Assembly: GCA_041688945.1 (NCBI GenBank)
Contig: JBDNHE010000037.1
Span: forward strand, 28,952-92,951
DNA length: 64,000 bases
Reading direction: 5' to 3'
Origin: Gemmatimonadota bacterium
GTDB lineage: Bacteria; Gemmatimonadota; Gemmatimonadetes; Longimicrobiales; Gaopeijiaceae
The notes below the pieces were generated by a model, which made no database searches, had not been told where the DNA came from, and was given only the letters and a program-made list of their open reading frames with translations. This document shows, one piece after another, positions 28,846 to 39,221 of the stretch (position 1 is the stretch's first letter; every line of letters begins with the position of its first letter). The position numbers and the translations under genes are program-made.

Positions 28846-29142
28846 TTGCAGCCGATCGACTTTACCGCCGTACTCGCCATCTTCCTGGGCATGATGGTCG
28901 TGCTGATCCCGATCACTGGACTTACCGCGCGCTTCGCCCTCAAACCCGTTGTCGAATCGTTTGCCAAGATCTTCCAGAGCAAGGGGGTCGAGGAATCGCT
29001 GGCCATCACCGACCGACGGGTTGCCCTGCTTGAGCAGCAACTCGAGGTCATGGACGAGACGGTCCGGCGACTGACGGACGCTCACGACTTCGACGCCCAA
29101 CTGAAGGCCGGCCGGAGCAAGGCGCTTCCGGCGAGCGAATAG
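28846..29142 (+). CDS. Small membrane protein with coiled-coil C-terminus (PspB-like architecture)
   Basis: GGAG ribosome-binding site and TTG start, one TM helix, RRVALLEQQLE coiled coil. Confidence 0.7.
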   Translation: MQPIDFTAVLAIFLGMMVVLIPITGLTARFALKPVVESFAKIFQSKGVEESLAITDRRVALLEQQLEVMDETVRRLTDAHDFDAQLKAGRSKALPASE

Positions 29143-29277
29143 CGTCCGCAGTTCCACTCCGGGCCTCATCGGAGTTACCACAGCGCCTCCCGGGGGTTGC
29201 CCGGGTCCGGGCCCGCGTTCATTCTGGCCCCATGGCGCTCGTAACGCGGCTCGCCTCACGCCTTCAACAGCCTTCAA

Positions 29278-30018
29278 GTGTCCATCGAAGTAATCGCCCA
29301 CCGCGGGTACAGCGCGGTCACCCCAGAAAACACTCTCGCCGCCGTCCGTGCGGGACTCAAAGCTGGCGCACATTCGGTCGAATGGGACGTGCAGGTCGCT
29401 TCGTGCGGGACTCCCGTCCTGATGCACGACCCGCACCTCGGCCGCACAACCAACGGAGTCGGGCCCGTGAGGCGCCGCACCCTTGGTCAGCTTCAGGCGC
29501 TGGATGCCGGAAAGTGGTTCAATCCTTCGTTTGCCGGTGAGAAGATCCCTTCTCTGGCTGAAGCGTTGGACCTGGTTCGCCCGACCAGCGCAGCTGTGTA
29601 CTGTGAGGTGAAGGGCTACCGCGAGCTGGAGGATCTGGATCGAATGGCCAGAATCGTTCGCGACAAGGAGATGACATCGCGCACCATCTTCATCTCGATG
29701 GACTATGGCGTGATCGACCGGATTGGTGGCCAGGACCCTGAGGCAGGCCTCGGCTACATCGTAGAGGAGGCAGGTCGCTTCGACGACGCTCTGGCCCGTG
29801 CGAAGGTGGCGGGCGCCCGAGGGCTTCTGGACTTTGACTACCGGTTGCTCATCGCCGATCCCAGCTTGGTGACGCGAGCACGAGAGGCCGGCGTCCAGGT
29901 TGCGGTCTGGACCGTGGATACGCGGGGCGACGCGGAGGCCCTGGTCGCACTGGGTGTCAAACGCCTTACAACGAACCGCGTAAAGGAAATGAAGGCCTGG
30001 GCCGATTCGCAGTCCTAG
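29278..30018 (+). CDS. Glycerophosphodiester phosphodiesterase family protein
   Basis: IAHRGYS, PENTL, EWDV, MHD, WTVD, TTN. Confidence 0.93.
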   Translation: MSIEVIAHRGYSAVTPENTLAAVRAGLKAGAHSVEWDVQVASCGTPVLMHDPHLGRTTNGVGPVRRRTLGQLQALDAGKWFNPSFAGEKIPSLAEALDLVRPTSAAVYCEVKGYRELEDLDRMARIVRDKEMTSRTIFISMDYGVIDRIGGQDPEAGLGYIVEEAGRFDDALARAKVAGARGLLDFDYRLLIADPSLVTRAREAGVQVAVWTVDTRGDAEALVALGVKRLTTNRVKEMKAWADSQS

Positions 30019-30070
30019 TGTAACGGGTGAAGGCTGAGCGCCGAGGCGTTCCTCTGGGGAGCCGCCTTCG

Positions 30071-31837
30071 CTAAGGCTCAAGCGGCAGCCGGAAGCTGAA
30101 CCGACTGCCCTCCCCTTCGGTGCTGTTCACTTGGACGGTGCCACCGTGTGCCTCAACAATGCCCTTTACGATCGCCAGTCCCAGCCCCGCTCCATCGCGC
30201 CCCGCCCCCGCCGGTCGCCAGAAGCGATCAAACAGGTGATCCATATTCTGCGCAGGGATTCCGGAGCCATTGTCCATGACGGCGATCTCGACGGCTGATT
30301 CCGGACTGGCCTCACAGACCGAAGCCTGGATTGCAATCTTGCCGCCTCGGGGAGTGTGCCTGAGGGCGTTGCCCAGCAGATTCTGAAGCACCTGAAGAAT
30401 GCGGTCGCGATCAAGTGGCGTCACAGGGAGGTCATCCGCCCACTCTTGAGTCACGATCACGCCCTTGTCTCTGGAGGCTCGATCAATGTCGGTGCGGGCC
30501 TGTTCCAGGAGCGAGTCGAGCGCCTCGGGTGCCGGACGGACGGGGAGCCTTCCAGCGTCGATCCGGGCGACATCCAGCAGGTCGTCGATCAGGCGGTGCA
30601 TCCGATCGGTGGCATCGCGCACCAACTCCAGGTGCTTTCGGCGCTTCGCCTCATCGAGAGGGACGTCGAGCAGAAGCTCGGTGGCCGCTGACACGGAACT
30701 CAGGGGACTCCGAAGGTCGTGTGAAACCACGGCTATCATTTCCTCCCGGGCGTTCAGGGCTTCGCGCAGCCGGGCCTCGGCGTCTTTGATCTTGGTCAGG
30801 TCGGCCACCGTCAGCACCGCGCCACGGACCGCCCTGCCGTCCACCAGGGGTCTGAGCGACCAGAGCACGGGCACGGCGGCGTGATCCCTCCGTGGATGGG
30901 AGACTCCCTCTTCGGACTGCACAGTTTGTCCCTCCGAGAACGCCCGCTCAATCTGACACTCCTCCGGGGCGTGGTCGGACAAGGTGCCGTGAATGACGTC
31001 GTGCGCTCCCCGGCCCTTGGCCGACTCTTCCGAAATGCCCAGCAGCCGGGTTGCCGCCGAATTCAGGCGGGTGATCCGTCCAGCGAGATCGAGCGAGAGC
31101 ACGCCGTCCGCGGTGGCTTCGAGCACCGCGTCAATGTCGCGGCGGGCCCGCACGGCCTCCTGCTGACCAGACATCGCGTCCCGATTCAGGCCCTGAAGAC
31201 GGCGGGCCAACCCGGCTACCGCAGCAGTGCCCGTCAGGGCAAGAAAGACCAGCCCGATGGTGATCAGGAGCTGCAGCTTTCGCGCGTCGTCCATCCGTTG
31301 GCGCGCGTCCTGCACCTCCCGGTTCAGCGCCTCCCTCAGATCGGTACTCGCGCCGACAACGTCCTCATAGCGCGCGCGGTCTGCCCGAACCAGGTCCGCC
31401 AAAGCGTCCCGAGCCGGCAACACCTCAAGCGCAAAGACATGCCCAAGCTGCCAGGCGGTCGCCGCATTGGCAAGCGGCAGATAGAGGGACTCGATGCGCA
31501 GATCCAGACCATCGATCCGCAGATCCAGTCGTCCCAGGAGCGTCCGCAACTCACCCCCGACTCGACGTTCATCAACCGAAACCAGGTTGTAGCGGTCGCG
31601 AGCCGTGGTCGACGCAGTAAGCAGGTATTCCTGCAGCGACGACATCTGCCGGGAATGCAGGGCGGCCAAGTCAGCGGCCAGGTCGCGAGCCGGCTCCAGT
31701 GTCCCGAGGATCTCGTCCTCGACAATGGTGACCCGCATCGACGCCCAGACCGGGATCAGTGCCAGGGCCAGCAGGGTGGCGGCAATGAAGATGATGGACC
31801 GCGGCACGCCGATCCGGGCTCGGTTGTCAGGGGTCAC
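30071..31837 (-). CDS. Membrane sensor histidine kinase (periplasmic helical sensor-PAS-HisKA-HATPase)
   Basis: Two TM helices, PAS, VSHDLRSPL, NALRH, DNGSG, GLGLAIV; GTGA overlap with the mobAB stop. Confidence 0.92.
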   Translation of the reverse strand: MTPDNRARIGVPRSIIFIAATLLALALIPVWASMRVTIVEDEILGTLEPARDLAADLAALHSRQMSSLQEYLLTASTTARDRYNLVSVDERRVGGELRTLLGRLDLRIDGLDLRIESLYLPLANAATAWQLGHVFALEVLPARDALADLVRADRARYEDVVGASTDLREALNREVQDARQRMDDARKLQLLITIGLVFLALTGTAAVAGLARRLQGLNRDAMSGQQEAVRARRDIDAVLEATADGVLSLDLAGRITRLNSAATRLLGISEESAKGRGAHDVIHGTLSDHAPEECQIERAFSEGQTVQSEEGVSHPRRDHAAVPVLWSLRPLVDGRAVRGAVLTVADLTKIKDAEARLREALNAREEMIAVVSHDLRSPLSSVSAATELLLDVPLDEAKRRKHLELVRDATDRMHRLIDDLLDVARIDAGRLPVRPAPEALDSLLEQARTDIDRASRDKGVIVTQEWADDLPVTPLDRDRILQVLQNLLGNALRHTPRGGKIAIQASVCEASPESAVEIAVMDNGSGIPAQNMDHLFDRFWRPAGAGRDGAGLGLAIVKGIVEAHGGTVQVNSTEGEGSRFSFRLPLEP

Positions 31838-33021
31838 GCCGAGACCTCTCGGTTCGCAACCGACCCGAGGACTCGCTGCAGCACGAGGTCGGCCAGCGTC
31901 CGGGCCAGCTCCGGGTCGTTCGCATCCAACAGAATCGGGCCGCCATCGCCGTCGGCCATGGGCTGGTCCGAGATTCGGGCGAGAAAGCGGTCTCTGTCGG
32001 GCCCGTCGGGGCGCCACAGGGGCGACTGATCACGGCTGCCCGTAAGGCTGACCTCAAAGGCGGGCACGCCTTCCTGCTTCCATCCCTCCGCGACTACGAT
32101 GTCGGCGTCAGCCAGATACCGTACCGCCAGCGAACCAAGGCCCGGCTCTCCCGCTTGCGGCCAACTCCCCATGACAGCCATCTGATCGCGTCCCGATAGC
32201 AGGACTCTGGACGCCCCGGCCGACGTCATTCGATCGGAGTCCGTGCCGGCCTGGTCCAGATTGAAGCCATGTCCCCGCTTCAACGCCATGACCTTGAGAC
32301 CGCGGCTGGACAGCTCCCGTATCAACGAGGCCGCGACGGTAGTCTTGCCGGAGTTCTTCCATCCCTGGACCGCGACGATCGGCGGGACGATGGGTGCCGC
32401 AGCCCGGTCCAGATCCTCCACATGATTCACATTCAACAGCGTTCCGGAATGGCCCGCCACAGCGTCGAGCTCGGCTTCCGTGACCCGCGCTACCGTCACG
32501 CCGTCCTCGACCAGTCCATCCAGCCACGCGCGTAGCGCCAGCCGGGGCCGCTCACTGGCGACCTCGCGATCGAGCCACCCGGTGAGATGGTCCGTCAATC
32601 CGACGCCGTAGACGCCGGCCAATGGCTGAGGTCCATCTGCCCCCTCGGCGACCACGGTGGACGACGACGGGTCGGGCAGCGAGCGCCAGGCGCGGATCAG
32701 AGCAAGAACGGCGGGCGCGCTCATCCGGACCAGGTCCACCGCCAGGACGACCACACCCTCGGCCCCGGCCTCCCGACACGCCACAAGCCCGGTCTCAAGC
32801 CCGGCCAGAGGACCGTGTCCAGGTCGGCGGTCGACACGTCCCTCGACGCCATCCCGGCTATCGCTGCTTCCGACCCTGAGGATCCGGCCGGTGCCCGGAA
32901 GAAGCGCGGCCCTGAGGCGACTCTCGAACGAACCCCCGGCTGGCAGGACCGCAGAATCCTTTGGGCCTCCGAATCGACGACCCTGGCCACCCACCAGAAT
33001 GACACCCAGCAGCTGCGTCAC
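31834..33021 (-). CDS. Fused MobA (Moco guanylyltransferase-like) and MobB
   Basis: N-terminal LVGGQGRRFG, GPLAG, QPL, NVN; C-terminal GWKNSGKTT, GTDSDR, AEGWK. Confidence 0.88.
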   Translation of the reverse strand: MTQLLGVILVGGQGRRFGGPKDSAVLPAGGSFESRLRAALLPGTGRILRVGSSDSRDGVEGRVDRRPGHGPLAGLETGLVACREAGAEGVVVLAVDLVRMSAPAVLALIRAWRSLPDPSSSTVVAEGADGPQPLAGVYGVGLTDHLTGWLDREVASERPRLALRAWLDGLVEDGVTVARVTEAELDAVAGHSGTLLNVNHVEDLDRAAAPIVPPIVAVQGWKNSGKTTVAASLIRELSSRGLKVMALKRGHGFNLDQAGTDSDRMTSAGASRVLLSGRDQMAVMGSWPQAGEPGLGSLAVRYLADADIVVAEGWKQEGVPAFEVSLTGSRDQSPLWRPDGPDRDRFLARISDQPMADGDGGPILLDANDPELARTLADLVLQRVLGSVANREVSA

Positions 33022-33884
33022 TGATCGGCTCCGGGCAGGACCCGCTCGGCCCCCGAGTAGATATTGAACCCGCCATTGCGCACGAACCCGACCAGGGTCA
33101 TTCCGAACCGTTCCGCCAGATCGATCGCCAGAGAAGAAGGCGCTCCAACGGCGACAATCATGGGAATCCCGGCGGCCAGCGCCTTCTGAACGATCTCGAA
33201 CGAGAGACGTCCGCTCACCGCCATGACCCGGTCTGCGAGAGGCAGCTCACCCGCCAGAAAGGCCTCGCCGATCACCTTGTCGACCGCGTTGTGCCGACCG
33301 ACATCTTCGCGCACCGGCGCGGCACTGCCGTCGGCCCGGAACAGCCCCGCTCCATGCAGACCGCCGGTCCGCTCAAACTGTGGCTGAGATGCCCGCAGGC
33401 GGTCGGGCAACTCGATGATCTGCTCATGCGATAGCGCGATCGTGCCCGCCGGAAGAAGAGCGCATCCCTGCAGTTCCACCGCCTCGATCGAGGCCTTTCC
33501 GCAGATCCCGCACGAGGAGGAGGTGAAGACGTTCCGGGACAGCCGATCCAGGTCGACGTCGGCGGTGCGCAGCCGGACCTCGAGCACATTGTAGTCCTGA
33601 GCCGCCTCACCTGAGCGACAGTAGGTGATTTCCTGGATCTGCCCCCGTGAGGTCAGTACCCCTTCGGAGATGAGAAAGCCGGCAGCAAGCTCGAAGTCAT
33701 GCCCGGGCGTCCGCATGGTAACCGCGATGCTTCGGACCTCTCCGCGACCGCCATCCGCTGAGGGCAGCGCCAGCCGGACCTCCATGGGCTCCTCGACCGA
33801 AACCACGTCCTTGGCACGACTGACCCGACCGTCTTTGAGACGGTGGATACGCACGGGAACGCTGCTTTTTCCGGGTCGGGGCAT
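33018..33884 (-). CDS. fdhD: Formate dehydrogenase accessory sulfurtransferase
   Basis: [41 protein letters not shown]. Confidence 0.96.
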   Translation of the reverse strand: MPRPGKSSVPVRIHRLKDGRVSRAKDVVSVEEPMEVRLALPSADGGRGEVRSIAVTMRTPGHDFELAAGFLISEGVLTSRGQIQEITYCRSGEAAQDYNVLEVRLRTADVDLDRLSRNVFTSSSCGICGKASIEAVELQGCALLPAGTIALSHEQIIELPDRLRASQPQFERTGGLHGAGLFRADGSAAPVREDVGRHNAVDKVIGEAFLAGELPLADRVMAVSGRLSFEIVQKALAAGIPMIVAVGAPSSLAIDLAERFGMTLVGFVRNGGFNIYSGAERVLPGADQ

Positions 33885-33997
33885 GGACTTGTCCAGGGAG
33901 TCGGGTGCCAACACCACGCACGGCGGGCAGCCCAGAATTGAATAGGTGGAAGCTCCACCGGCCGGCGTCGGTCCGTCAAGCTGGCGTCAGCGCATGT

Positions 33998-34369
33998 TCA
34001 CGGGCGCCATGAGACCCGCCACGCATCCTCGACGTGCTCGATCGTCCAGCCGCCGCAACCGTCGGGCGTGATTGCGATCGCATCCAATCGATACTCGTCC
34101 CTGGGGTCGCCGTGCTGGCGAATCCACCACTGGGCGACCCGTTCGATCTCCTGGCGCTTCTTCCATGTGATGGCCTCCAGCGGGTGACCCACGCCGGTCC
34201 CGCGACGGCCCTTCACTTCGACAAACGCTACCAGGGAGCCAAAGCGCACGATCAGATCGACCTCGCGGCGGCCGTGGCGGACGTTGCGGTCCAGAATCGT
34301 CCAGCCCGAGGCCTCCAACTGACGGGCAGCCATCGCCTCAAACCAACGTCCCGTCGTATGCGTGCTCAT
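33998..34369 (-). CDS. yraN: YraN (UPF0102) family protein
   Basis: ILDRN, EVDLI, FVEVKGR, RLDAI. Confidence 0.92.
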   Translation of the reverse strand: MSTHTTGRWFEAMAARQLEASGWTILDRNVRHGRREVDLIVRFGSLVAFVEVKGRRGTGVGHPLEAITWKKRQEIERVAQWWIRQHGDPRDEYRLDAIAITPDGCGGWTIEHVEDAWRVSWRP

Positions 34370-34415
34370 GCCGCATCGTGTCACCGCGCGGTGGGCGATG
34401 CGATGGTGCCTCGGG

Positions 34416-35468
34416 TCAGGACCCGGCGCCCACGTGCTCGGAAAGCCCCGGGATCAGCGTCCGACCAATCGCCTGGGCGATCATGTCGATCTGGCTCATC
34501 AGCTCCCCGAACTGCTCGGGATAGAGCGACTGAGCGCCGTCGGAAAGCGCGCTCGTCGGGTCGGGATGAACTTCGATGATGAGGCCATCGGCCCCCGCGG
34601 CGATGGCAGCCCGCGCCATCGGCACGACCTTGCTTCGAATCCCTGTGCCATGCGACGGATCCGCCACGATCGGAAGATGCGAAAGCTCCTGGACCACCGG
34701 GATCGCAGTGAGGTCGAGCACGTTCCGGGTGACCTTGTCGAAACCGCGGACCCCGCGCTCGCAAAGGATGACATTCGGGTTCCCCTCGGCAAGCAGGTAT
34801 TCGGCTGCCAGAAGGAACTCCTCAATGGTCGCACTCATGCCGCGCTTGAGCAGGACCGGCTTGCCCACCGCGCCGGCACGTCGGAGCAGCGGGTAGTTCT
34901 GCATGTTCCGGGCGCCGATCTGGATCACGTCGGCGTACTCGGCGACCAGCTCCACGCCATCCGGATCGATGGCCTCGGTAATGATGGCCATTCCGGTCTC
35001 GTCCCGGGCCTTGGCGAGCAGCTTGAGGCCCTCCAGCCCGAGCCCCTGGAACGAATAGGGTGAGGTGCGGGGCTTGAAGGCGCCCCCGCGAAGAACCGTC
35101 GCGCCCATCGCCCGCAGCTGGTGGGCGGCCGTCAGGATCTGTTCCTCACTCTCCACCGCACATGGGCCTGCCATGACTGCGATCTGGTCCCCACCGATGG
35201 TCGTGCCATTGGGCAGGGTGACGATCGTGTCCTCCTCTTTCCATTCCCGCGACACCTGCTTGTACGGCTGACTGACCGCGATGCACTCGAGGACGCCCTC
35301 CATCCCCTGCAGCCGTGCGGTATCGACGCGGCCGTCGTTGCCAATCAGGCCTACGGCCGTGCGCTGTCCGCCCGGGATAGGAGCAGCGGTGTATCCCATC
35401 TTCTCAATAGCCTCGACCACGGCAGCAACCTGCGCGGGAAGGGCCTTGTTCTTCATGACGACCAGCAT
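34416..35468 (-). CDS. aroF: DAHP synthase type I-beta with N-terminal regulatory domain
   Basis: [46 protein letters not shown]. Confidence 0.96.
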   Translation of the reverse strand: MLVVMKNKALPAQVAAVVEAIEKMGYTAAPIPGGQRTAVGLIGNDGRVDTARLQGMEGVLECIAVSQPYKQVSREWKEEDTIVTLPNGTTIGGDQIAVMAGPCAVESEEQILTAAHQLRAMGATVLRGGAFKPRTSPYSFQGLGLEGLKLLAKARDETGMAIITEAIDPDGVELVAEYADVIQIGARNMQNYPLLRRAGAVGKPVLLKRGMSATIEEFLLAAEYLLAEGNPNVILCERGVRGFDKVTRNVLDLTAIPVVQELSHLPIVADPSHGTGIRSKVVPMARAAIAAGADGLIIEVHPDPTSALSDGAQSLYPEQFGELMSQIDMIAQAIGRTLIPGLSEHVGAGS

Positions 35469-35530
35469 GGGACTGTCCTGTTACCTGCGGAGGGTCGGGC
35501 GTGCCGGCCTCGAAGCCGGGAGCGAGTGTT

Positions 35531-35626
35531 AGTGTGGTGTATCAAAAGTGTCTCGGCCATTCGAACGCCGATGCATCCGGCGCCTCGACGCTCTCGGTGG
35601 CTCACGAACTTTTGATACACCACACT
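35531..35626. mobile_element. 96-bp miniature inverted-repeat element (MITE/REP-like) with IS481-like ends
   Basis: Perfect 19-bp inverted repeats AGTGTGGTGTATCAAAAGT / ACTTTTGATACACCACACT; second partial copy at 28754. Confidence 0.7.
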
Positions 35627-35705
35627 GGACTGAGCGGGGAAAGCTACCCTCTAAACGGTCAGAGGTGCACTGCGAACTGGATTCAGCGTCTGCGGTCGCA
35701 GTTGC

Positions 35706-38700
35706 TCAGGCCACGCCCTTGGCCTGTTCCAGAGCATCTTCCAGTCGGACCCCGACGATCGTGCTGACGCCCGGCTCTTCCATGGTCACGCCATAGATCC
35801 AGTCGGCAGCCTCGATGGTGCGCGGATTGTGAGTGATGACCACAAACTGGGTGCTCTTGCTGAAGTCCTGCAGCAGCCGAATGAAGCGCCCGATGTTGTT
35901 CTCATCCAGCGGGGCGTCCACCTCGTCCAACACACAGAACGGCGCCGGCTTCACCAGATAGATCGAGAACAGGAGCGACAGCGCCGTAAGCGCCCGCTCC
36001 CCGCCCGACAGCAGGTCAATGCGCTGCGTCTTCTTTCCCTCCGGCGAGGCGTGGATCTCGACCGGGGACTCCAGAGGATCGTCTTCGTCGGCCAGCCAGA
36101 TGTCGGCCTCTCCGCCTTCGAAAAGCCGCCGGTGGACCAAGCGGAAATTCTCGCGGATCAGCTGGAACGTGTCCGTAAACAGCTTGGTGGCGGTCTCGTT
36201 GATCTCACGAATCGCGGACTTGAGGTCGTTGCGGGCCTTGATCAGGTCCTGATGCTGTTCGGTAAGGAAGTCGAGTCGCTCGGATTCCTCCTTGTGCTCC
36301 TCGACCGCAAGCATGTTTACCGGGCCGATCTTTTCCAGCGCGACGACGATCTCCTTGAGTTCTTCACGAAGAGCCTCCGGTTCACCCTCGACGGGCTCGG
36401 CCTCTTCCATGAGGACAGCGAGTGGACGGCCCCACTCGCCCTCCAGGCGCTCCTGAATCCGGCCGATGCGACCGTCGAGCTCCTGGCGCTCAAGCTCCAG
36501 GCGATGGCGGCGATCCACGGCCTCGCGCTCCTCCTGCCGAGCCGATCGAGCCTTTCGCTCGGCGTCGTCCAGCGACTGAGCGACGCCCTGCATGGCCGCA
36601 TCTTTCTCGCGCAGATCTTCCTGAGCCGCTTCGCGCCGCGAGAAGAGCGTCTGCGTCTCCTCGGCACCACGAGTCTGCATCTCGGTTACCGATTCCATCT
36701 CGGCAGTCAGGTCATTCTCTTCGTGATCCAGGGCCTCGCCGCGGGACTGAGCCGACTTTCGGCTCTGCTCCAGATTGGCGAGACGTTCCGTCAGGCGGTT
36801 CGACTCACCCTGCAGGCGCGTGGCCTGAACTTCCAGACGAGACTGCTCGGCGCGGGCTGTCTCCCAGGCTTCCTGGACCTGCTCGAGTTCGACACGGGCC
36901 GCAGCCCTGGACTCGCCGAGGCCGGCTTCCTCAGCCACCAGGCCGGCCCGATCCTCGGTGGCTTGAACGGCACGCTCGGTCGCGCGGGCCTGGGCCGCAC
37001 GTGTGCCCTCAACCTGGCGCGCCAATTCGTCACGGTGCCGGTCCATCCGGTCTTTCCGGTCGACCGCGGCCGCAACCTCAGCCGACGTGCTCCGCCAGGT
37101 GTCCTCCGCCGTCCGGAAGGTCATTCGGGTGGCGTCGCGAGCGGCTTCGGAATCGCGCAATGCGACCTGAGCAGCTTCTCGCCCCTCCCGGGCAACGCTG
37201 GCCTGTCCCTCGGCCTCCCCTGCCTCGGTCTCCAGGACGCGCAGACGTTCTTTCCGCTCCAGAATGCCGGTCTCGCCCGTCGGGTTCCCGATTCGGACAA
37301 TGCCCTCGCCATCACGAGTAGCGCCTGCGCGGGTGACCCTGGCGGAGCCGCCGCTTGCCAGCAGCCCGTCTTCCTCGACCAGATCCACGCCACCCAACAG
37401 GGCGTTCACCCAGGGGGCGCCCTCAGCAACGGCCTTCACCGTCTTCAACAGGGATCCACCGGATCGGGTCGACGGCACACCGTCGAGCGGGAGGACGATC
37501 AGTCCGCCCCCCTGCTTCCAGTTGTCAGCAAACCAGCCCCGAACCGCCTCGGCCGCTTTCCGGTCACGAACCACAAGACCCCGGGCACGCGGCCCCAGGA
37601 ACGCCTCTACCGCGCGAGCCAGGTCGGCATCGGCCTGAACAAAGTCCACCAGAACGCCGTGGACGCCATCGACTCCGGCATCCAGAACGGCCAGCAGCAC
37701 CGGCTCCATGCCTTCGCGATCTCGCTCCATCCCCTCGAGCGCCGCCTTCCGCGCGCGCAGCGTCTGTGCGCGGTCACTGCTCTCGATCTCGGCCTGTCGG
37801 CTGGTCTCCAGCGTCTCACGGGCGTTGGCGACAGCCGTTTCGGCCTGTTCCATCGTCTTGCGGGCTGATTCCAGCTCAGCCTTTAACCCGTCCAGACGGC
37901 CGGAGAACAGATCTCCCTGCTCTTCCAGGTCAGTGAGGGCGTCGGAGGCCTCCTCCATCTCGCGGATCAGCCGCTCCAGGCGGCGGCCCAACTCGGCGGC
38001 CTGCGCCTCGGCCGCCTGAGCATCACCTTCGAGCTGAGCACCCCGGCGTGCGATGTCCCTTTCGTGGGTCTCAACGGACTCCAGGGCCTGGCGGGCCTCC
38101 TGCAACTTCGCCCTGACAGCGTCAGATGTGGCCCGGCGCTCGGCGAGTTCAGCCTCCACCCCCGCCAGTTCTTCGGACAGGGCGCCGGCGTCTTCTGTCA
38201 GAACGCTGGCCTCTCCGGTGACTTCATCAACGCGGCGGCGGGCCGCCTCGCGCTCGGTCTCGATCTGGCTCATTCGACGACGTGCGTACGTGGCCCGTTC
38301 TTCAGCCACCGCGAGATCGCGCTCCCACTTCACCAATGCGGTGCGGATCTCGTCCAGATTCTGCGCCGCAGCTGAGCGGGCCTTCTGCGTGTCGACCTGT
38401 CGCAGGCGAAGCGATTCGAAAGCGGCCTCGGCCGCCTGAACCTCGGCGACCTTCCCCTGCCCACTCTGCGTATCTCCCTCAAGCGCCTTTGTAACCTCGG
38501 TCAGTCGAAGTCCGAGCGTCCCCAGTTGGTCCCGCACCACCGATACTTCCACGGCCAGCCGGCGGGACCGCAGTTCGAGATAGCGCTCGGCTTTTCCTTT
38601 CTGCCGGGACAGTGATCGGACCTTGCTCTGAACCTCTGAGATCACATCTTCCAGCCGCTGCAGATCCATCTCCGCACGCTCAAGCCGGCGCAGGGCGGCC

Positions 38701-39221
38701 TTTCGCCGGTCCTTGTACTTGCCGATCCCGGCAGCCTCCTCGAACAGCCCGCGACGCTCTTCGGCGCGGTCCGAGAGGATGGCATCGATCATCCGGTTTT
38801 CAATCACATTCGCACCGGCACCGAGTCCGGTGTCCCGCGTCAGATCGACCACGTCTTTCAGACGGACGGTTGAGCGATTGATCGAATAGTCGCTTCCCCC
38901 ATCGCGGTAGACGGTCCGGCCGACCTCAACTTCTTCGAACGGGACGGGAAGCGCGCCGTCCTCGTTGGTCACCGTCATGGTGACCGAGCCGCGGTTAACG
39001 GGGCGGCGATGGACGCTTCCCTGGAAGATTGCCTCTTCCATCTTGGCGCCACGGATGGCGGTGGGCCGCTGTTCACCAAGAACCCATCGGATGGCGTCGC
39101 TGATGTTGGACTTGCCACAGCCATTGGGTCCAACGATGGCAGTCACGCCGTCGTGAAACTTGACCTCGGTGGCATCAGCGAACGACTTGAAACCGTGAAC
39201 TTTGAGAGAGCTAAGCTTCAT
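35706..39221 (-). CDS. smc: Chromosome segregation protein SMC
   Basis: GFKSFA, GPNGCGKSN, long coiled coils, LSGGE, VLDEVDAPLD, VITH. Confidence 0.98.
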   Translation of the reverse strand: MKLSSLKVHGFKSFADATEVKFHDGVTAIVGPNGCGKSNISDAIRWVLGEQRPTAIRGAKMEEAIFQGSVHRRPVNRGSVTMTVTNEDGALPVPFEEVEVGRTVYRDGGSDYSINRSTVRLKDVVDLTRDTGLGAGANVIENRMIDAILSDRAEERRGLFEEAAGIGKYKDRRKAALRRLERAEMDLQRLEDVISEVQSKVRSLSRQKGKAERYLELRSRRLAVEVSVVRDQLGTLGLRLTEVTKALEGDTQSGQGKVAEVQAAEAAFESLRLRQVDTQKARSAAAQNLDEIRTALVKWERDLAVAEERATYARRRMSQIETEREAARRRVDEVTGEASVLTEDAGALSEELAGVEAELAERRATSDAVRAKLQEARQALESVETHERDIARRGAQLEGDAQAAEAQAAELGRRLERLIREMEEASDALTDLEEQGDLFSGRLDGLKAELESARKTMEQAETAVANARETLETSRQAEIESSDRAQTLRARKAALEGMERDREGMEPVLLAVLDAGVDGVHGVLVDFVQADADLARAVEAFLGPRARGLVVRDRKAAEAVRGWFADNWKQGGGLIVLPLDGVPSTRSGGSLLKTVKAVAEGAPWVNALLGGVDLVEEDGLLASGGSARVTRAGATRDGEGIVRIGNPTGETGILERKERLRVLETEAGEAEGQASVAREGREAAQVALRDSEAARDATRMTFRTAEDTWRSTSAEVAAAVDRKDRMDRHRDELARQVEGTRAAQARATERAVQATEDRAGLVAEEAGLGESRAAARVELEQVQEAWETARAEQSRLEVQATRLQGESNRLTERLANLEQSRKSAQSRGEALDHEENDLTAEMESVTEMQTRGAEETQTLFSRREAAQEDLREKDAAMQGVAQSLDDAERKARSARQEEREAVDRRHRLELERQELDGRIGRIQERLEGEWGRPLAVLMEEAEPVEGEPEALREELKEIVVALEKIGPVNMLAVEEHKEESERLDFLTEQHQDLIKARNDLKSAIREINETATKLFTDTFQLIRENFRLVHRRLFEGGEADIWLADEDDPLESPVEIHASPEGKKTQRIDLLSGGERALTALSLLFSIYLVKPAPFCVLDEVDAPLDENNIGRFIRLLQDFSKSTQFVVITHNPRTIEAADWIYGVTMEEPGVSTIVGVRLEDALEQAKGVA

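Noticed and set aside
30015-30030. CTAGTGT here and at 43931 as further ends of the miniature element
   Set aside because: Similarity stops after about 6-7 bp; these coincide with a stop codon and a -10 box.
28210-30081. 623-aa ORF that looks like a giant sigma factor
   Set aside because: The 5' portion is antisense to GDPD and the small membrane gene; only 28659 onward resembles sigma.
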